Part shown: positions 26,717 to 30,664 of the stretch, in pieces | Layout of the letters: every line of letters starts with the position of its first letter | Numbering within the stretch: position 1 is the stretch's first letter | From: a virus | Taxonomy: Duplodnaviria > Heunggongvirae > Uroviricota > Caudoviricetes | DNA length: 30,664 bases | Virus record (IMG/VR): IMGVR_UViG_2802429251_000007 | Coordinates: 1 to 30,664 of that record | Reading direction: 5' to 3' (one strand) | Notes under the pieces: model-generated | Told to the model about the DNA's origin: nothing | What the model saw: the letters and a program-made list of their open reading frames with translations, nothing else | Database searches by the model: none | Position numbers and translations under genes: made by a program

Positions 26717-27792
26717 TGGCAAAAAATGACTTTAAAGCATTCGCAACGGGTAAAAATGCCAATGTTATGCCGCAGGAGGAATGGGAAGCGTTGCCTGCGC
26801 TTTTATCCGGATTTACAGCAGGGAAAGCATCCAGTGCGCAAGTCAATAAGGTTATTCGGCAGGCCAGCTTTATTGCATCTGCAATAGCACAATATACAGC
26901 AAATGAAAGTGGACTGGATGTACAGGACGATGGCGATCAGGCCGGCTTTATCGCAAAAATGTCGTCTGCATTAGATAAGAACTATCAGAGAATTAATGCC
27001 ATACTTACCGCACTTGCTAATCTTTCAGCATCCGAAAACAAATTACCGTATTTTACCAATCAAGATACCGCTAATTTGGCTGACCTGACACAGGTTGGGC
27101 GAGATATTTTGGCAAAAAGCTCTGTTGCTGATGTCCTTAAATATCTTGGTCTGGAAGATAATTCGACCTTTCCTGTAGGTGCCCCGATCCCGTGGCCATC
27201 AGATACAGTTCCATCTGGTTATGCTCTGATGCAGGGACAGACTTTTGACAAGTCTGCATACCCGAAACTTGCAGCCGCTTATCCGTCAGGCGTGATCCCT
27301 GATATGCGTGGCTGGACGATTAAGGGCAAGCCCGCCAGTGGTCGTGCCGTATTGTCTCAGGAACAGGACGGCATTAAATCGCACACCCACAGCGCCAGCG
27401 TATCCAGTACGGATTTGGGTACGAAAACCACATCGTCGTTTGATTACGGGACGAAAACAACCTCACTATTTGACTATGGGACCAAAACTACCAGTAACGC
27501 CGGGAGTCACACGCATTCAATACCAACATCAGATGGTGCAAACCAGGGGGGGAAAATTCCACTGACATCTGGGCGTCTGGCAACTCAATATACATCAGCA
27601 ACAACAGGTTCCTCTGGCTCACATTCTCATACTGTAGGTATTGGTTCTCATCAGCACACTGTCGGTATTGGTGCACACACGCACTCCGTTGCGATTGGTT
27701 CACATGGACACACCATCACCGTTAACGCTGCTGGTAACGCGGAAAACACCGTCAAAAACATCGCATTTAACTATATTGTGAGGCTCGCATAA
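26716..27792 (+). CDS. side tail fiber protein
   Basis: ATG 26716 overlaps upstream stop (TGATG); C-terminal HxH repeats [34 protein letters not shown]; followed by tail fiber assembly gene. Confidence 0.75.
   Translation: MAKNDFKAFATGKNANVMPQEEWEALPALLSGFTAGKASSAQVNKVIRQASFIASAIAQYTANESGLDVQDDGDQAGFIAKMSSALDKNYQRINAILTALANLSASENKLPYFTNQDTANLADLTQVGRDILAKSSVADVLKYLGLEDNSTFPVGAPIPWPSDTVPSGYALMQGQTFDKSAYPKLAAAYPSGVIPDMRGWTIKGKPASGRAVLSQEQDGIKSHTHSASVSSTDLGTKTTSSFDYGTKTTSLFDYGTKTTSNAGSHTHSIPTSDGANQGGKIPLTSGRLATQYTSATTGSSGSHSHTVGIGSHQHTVGIGAHTHSVAIGSHGHTITVNAAGNAENTVKNIAFNYIVRLA
27418..27501 (+). repeat. 30-nt tandem repeats inside tail fiber gene (GTKTTS-x-FDY, about 2.8 units)
   Basis: Read directly from sequence. 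Confidence 0.7.
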
Positions 27793-28370
27793 TGGAATTC
27801 AGAATGAGTGAACAACCACAGACCATAAAAATTTATAATCTGCTGGCCGGAACTAATGAATTTATTGGTGAAGGTGATGCATACATTCCACCTCATACAG
27901 GTCTGCCAGCAAACAGTACCGATATTGCACCGCCAGATATTCCGGCTGGCTTCGTGGCTGTTTTCAACACTGATGAGGCATCGTGGCATCTCGTTGAAGA
28001 CCATCGGGGTAAAACCGTCTATGACGTGGCTTCCGGCGACGCGTTATTTATTTCTGAACTTGGCCCATTACCGGAAAATGTCACCTGGTTATCCCCGGAA
28101 GGGGAGTTTCAGAAGTGGAACGGTACATCTTGGGTGAAAGATGCAGAAGCAGAAAAACTGTTTCGGAGCCAGGAGGCGGAAGAAACAAAAAACAGCCTGA
28201 TGCAGGTAGCTAGCGAGCATATTGCGCCACTTCAGGATGCTGTAGATTTGGATATTGCGACGGAAGAAGAGGCATCGTTACTGGCTGCATGGAAGACATA
28301 TCGGGTATTGTTGAATCGTGTTGATACAACAGTAGCAGCGGATATTGAGTGGCCAGTCGCCCCACAATAA
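27792..28370 (+). CDS. tail fiber assembly protein (Tfa)
   Basis: C-terminal [18 protein letters not shown]...WP..P typical of Tfa chaperones; directly after tail fiber. Confidence 0.8.
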   Translation: MEFRMSEQPQTIKIYNLLAGTNEFIGEGDAYIPPHTGLPANSTDIAPPDIPAGFVAVFNTDEASWHLVEDHRGKTVYDVASGDALFISELGPLPENVTWLSPEGEFQKWNGTSWVKDAEAEKLFRSQEAEETKNSLMQVASEHIAPLQDAVDLDIATEEEASLLAAWKTYRVLLNRVDTTVAADIEWPVAPQ

Positions 28371-28379
28371 AAAGAAAAA

Positions 28380-28406
28380 GCCATCGATAGAAATATCGAT
28401 GGCTTT
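28380..28406. terminator. bidirectional hairpin between convergent Tfa and acetyltransferase genes
   Basis: GCCATCGATA-GAAA-TATCGATGGC with T-rich flanks on both strands. Confidence 0.6.
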
Positions 28407-28413
28407 ATGTGCT

Positions 28414-28986
28414 CTATTTATACAATACAACACCGCTCTTTTTAGTTATATATGTGCAGTTCGATGGTATATCTTTATTTATAAAAGACATTGCGCCTAT
28501 TTTTACATTATCCCCAATTTTACGTGATAATCCAATGATGCAACAATTAGCTCCGATATCAACGTTACTACCAATTTTTACTCTTGAACCAGGTATGTCA
28601 CCATCTATCTGTCCAATCGTAGTATTCTGTCGTAACACCAGATTTTCACCAGCATCAACAGCAAAATGAACAACAATTCCAGCGTGATGGGGAATTGTTA
28701 GCCCTTTTCCAATTTTTGCTCCCAGTCCAATCTCGCAACCAAATTTGTTAATTATTTTATTGTTTAACTTTTTAGCAGCTTTCTTATGTAATTTATTACC
28801 ATTAATATACATTTCGTTAGCCAGCCGCCACCAGAAAAGGAAATTCCTGTTACGTTGTTTTTTTTCTCTGAAAAGCCTCCAGATATCCATATACTCCCGC
28901 CGTATTACTTCAGATTTCCAAAAGCTTTTTAAATCAGAAGAATTCCCAAGTAAAACAAAATGAATTGCTATTAAGTAAGATAACAC
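28414..28986 (-). CDS. hexapeptide-repeat acetyltransferase (CysE/WcaB-like)
   Basis: IGLGAKIGKGLTIPHHAGIVV...IGQIDGD...KIGSNVDIGANCCIIG hexapeptide repeats; GTG start with AAGGAG 6 nt upstream; visibly AT-rich. Confidence 0.7.
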   Translation of the reverse strand: MLSYLIAIHFVLLGNSSDLKSFWKSEVIRREYMDIWRLFREKKQRNRNFLFWWRLANEMYINGNKLHKKAAKKLNNKIINKFGCEIGLGAKIGKGLTIPHHAGIVVHFAVDAGENLVLRQNTTIGQIDGDIPGSRVKIGSNVDIGANCCIIGLSRKIGDNVKIGAMSFINKDIPSNCTYITKKSGVVLYK

Positions 28987-29138
28987 GATAATCTCCTTAA
29001 TTATTACTTTCGACCATATTAGCCCTAAATTTAATGAAGTGTAAAATCTGGTTGTTTGTTATTTAAAAGCTAAGTTCGTGATACTTTACGGATGCTGAGG
29101 AGAGCATTATACGATATTTTTCTGCACACTCATAGTAA

Positions 29139-29267
29139 CAAACACCAGAACAATGGGCGCAGGCCGGGCGATTAATTGCATCAGGCGTTCCTCGCCAGAA
29201 GGTGGCTATTATCTATGATGTTGGTGTGTCAACTTTGTATAAGAGGTTTCCGGTCGGAGATAAATGA
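29139..29267 (+). pseudogene. 3' remnant of pin/gin/hin-family DNA invertase gene (C-terminal HTH only)
   Basis: QTPEQWAQAGRLIASGVPRQKVAIIYDVGVSTLYKRFPVGDK matches invertase C-terminal HTH; stop codon directly upstream in frame, no catalytic domain. Confidence 0.65.
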
Positions 29268-29562
29268 AACCGTAGCACGTCGTATGCAAGAACGTGCCAC
29301 GGCTGGCTGATGGACGTTCGATAGCGCGAGTTTGAATGAAAATCAGCCGGCGATGATTTTACATAATTGCTACGGAATTATTCAATACAGGAATTGCTTG
29401 TGTATGCATGGATTGACCTGAAATATTCCCGAAAATTTCTCTAAAAAACTCGAAAAAAATGGTAACTAATTGAATGCATTGGTATGCAATGCTATGTGTT
29501 CAGGATTGAAAAATGCGCGCTTTTTTATTTAATATATTGATTTTAAATGATTTTATTTCTCG

Positions 29563-29595
29563 TTGACGAATACAGGAATCGTGTTCGGTCTCTTT
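29563..29595 (+). ncRNA. sdsR: 3' end/terminator of sdsR (ryeB)-like small RNA (remnant or att-reconstituted)
   Basis: GACGAATACAGGAATCGTGTTCGGTCTCTTTTT matches remembered SdsR 3' hairpin (one G/A difference); upstream sequence does not match the SdsR body. Confidence 0.45.
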
Positions 29596-29731
29596 TTATC
29601 TGTTAAAAGCCAGAAGCATTCCCTTCGCTGACTTTATAGTCAACCATAACACACACTCTACTGTCTGAGTCCAGCGTTTTTTAACATTCTTGTTAAGATT
29701 ATGTGATCTTTAGCGCGGGAGGAAAATATTG

Positions 29732-30388
29732 ATGAAACAGCCTGCGCCCGTTTATCAGAGAGTTGCGGGTCATCAATGGCGACATATCTGGCTTTCAGGC
29801 GATATACACGGTTGTCTTGAGCAGTTGCGCCGCAAATTATGGCATTGTCGTTTTGATCCGTGGCGAGATTTACTTATCTCAGTGGGAGACGTTATCGATC
29901 GTGGGCCGCAAAGTTTACGTTGCCTGCAGTTACTGGAACAACATTGGGTTCGTGCGGTAAGAGGCAATCATGAACAGATGGCGATGGATGCGCTGGCATC
30001 CCAGCAGATGTCATTGTGGTTGATGAATGGCGGCGACTGGTTTATTGCGCTGGCAGATAATCAACAGAAACAAGCGAAAACGGCGCTGGAAAAATGTCAG
30101 TATTTGCCCTTTATTCTTGAAGTACACAGTCGCACCGGCAAACATGTTATTGCCCATGCCGATTATCCGGATGATGTTTATGAATGGCAAAAGGACGTCG
30201 ATTTGCATCAGGTCTTGTGGAGCCGCTCACGATTACGTGAAGGCCAAAAAGGGCAGGGAATTACAGGTGCTGATCATTTCTGGTTTGGTCATACACCGTT
30301 GCGCCATCGCGTGGATATTGGCAACCTGCATTATATTGATACCGGTGCTGTCTTTGGGGGAGAACTGACTCTTGTGCAATTGCAATAA
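29732..30388 (+). CDS. pphA: serine/threonine protein phosphatase 1 (PPP family)
   Basis: GDIHG, GDVIDRG, GNHE metallophosphatase motifs; sequence recalled as E. coli PrpA; GGGAGG upstream of ATG 29732. Confidence 0.8.
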   Translation: MKQPAPVYQRVAGHQWRHIWLSGDIHGCLEQLRRKLWHCRFDPWRDLLISVGDVIDRGPQSLRCLQLLEQHWVRAVRGNHEQMAMDALASQQMSLWLMNGGDWFIALADNQQKQAKTALEKCQYLPFILEVHSRTGKHVIAHADYPDDVYEWQKDVDLHQVLWSRSRLREGQKGQGITGADHFWFGHTPLRHRVDIGNLHYIDTGAVFGGELTLVQLQ

Positions 30389-30580
30389 TTAAAAATCACC
30401 GTACTCCTGTGCAGGTCGCCAGAAACCATCTATAAAATCCTCAATCGGAAAACAACCGCCATGGCGGATCCGTTGATCGCTCATAGAATAAAGACACTGT
30501 TGTTCCGTGTTGTAGACATCCACAACAATATCTTCACAACCGCCATCCAGGTAGCAAACAAAAAGTACCAGCGCGAACAT
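30389..30580 (-). CDS. yebW: YebW-like small protein (63 aa)
   Basis: MFALVLFVCYLDGGCEDIVVDVYNTEQQCLYSMSDQRIRHGGCFPIEDFIDGFWRPAQEYGDF recalled as YebW; convergent with and abutting pphA; ORF-track entry has an N-terminal extension. Confidence 0.65.
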   Translation of the reverse strand: MFALVLFVCYLDGGCEDIVVDVYNTEQQCLYSMSDQRIRHGGCFPIEDFIDGFWRPAQEYGDF

Positions 30581-30664
30581 TTCATCCCCGAAGTGTGGTG
30601 CCGTACCGTTAAGTTTAGGAGAGATTTTACAACGGGGGAATAACCAGGACAAATAACCCGCCAT

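Noticed and set aside
26790-26815. Partial resemblance to a gix/hix crossover site (TTATCC...TTTACAG)
   Set aside because: Only the outer half-site-like ends match and the central part is missing; lies in the conserved N-terminal coding region of the fibre, not at a constant/variable boundary.

Overview
This window reads as the late half of an integrated prophage in an Escherichia/Shigella-type chromosome, ending at the host pphA-yebW locus. All calls come from reading the sequence and ORF track plus recall of protein families; no database search, alignment or GC computation was run, so family names are working hypotheses. Order on the + strand: (1) an accessory early region with an unrecognised 263-aa protein, two uncalled small hydrophobic peptide ORFs and a hok-family type I toxin; (2) DUF1367-like, YbcO-like and Q-like antiterminator genes, followed by a pR'-like promoter and an intrinsic terminator; (3) an ORF6N/Rha-like gene split near its 5' end by an intact IS1 with an 8-bp target duplication; (4) phage-borne tRNA-Thr(UGU) and tRNA-Gly(UCC); (5) a lysis cassette (holin, second membrane protein, M15-type endolysin, small lipoprotein); (6) a KTSC-domain gene on the opposite strand; (7) a co-linear structural module: terminase small and large subunits, portal, MuF-like head protein, scaffold-like protein, capsid, neck proteins, sheath and tube candidates, tail chaperone with a -1 slippery site, tape measure, baseplate proteins, side tail fiber and tail fiber assembly protein. 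Accessory insertions of most interest: an AT-rich lipoprotein gene with its own terminator inside the baseplate cluster; an AT-rich hexapeptide acetyltransferase on the opposite strand where a tail-fiber inversion module would be expected, next to the 3' remnant of a pin-like invertase; and a prophage-host junction that appears to lie in the 3' end of the sdsR (ryeB) small-RNA gene upstream of pphA. No CRISPR array and no integrase are present in the window.
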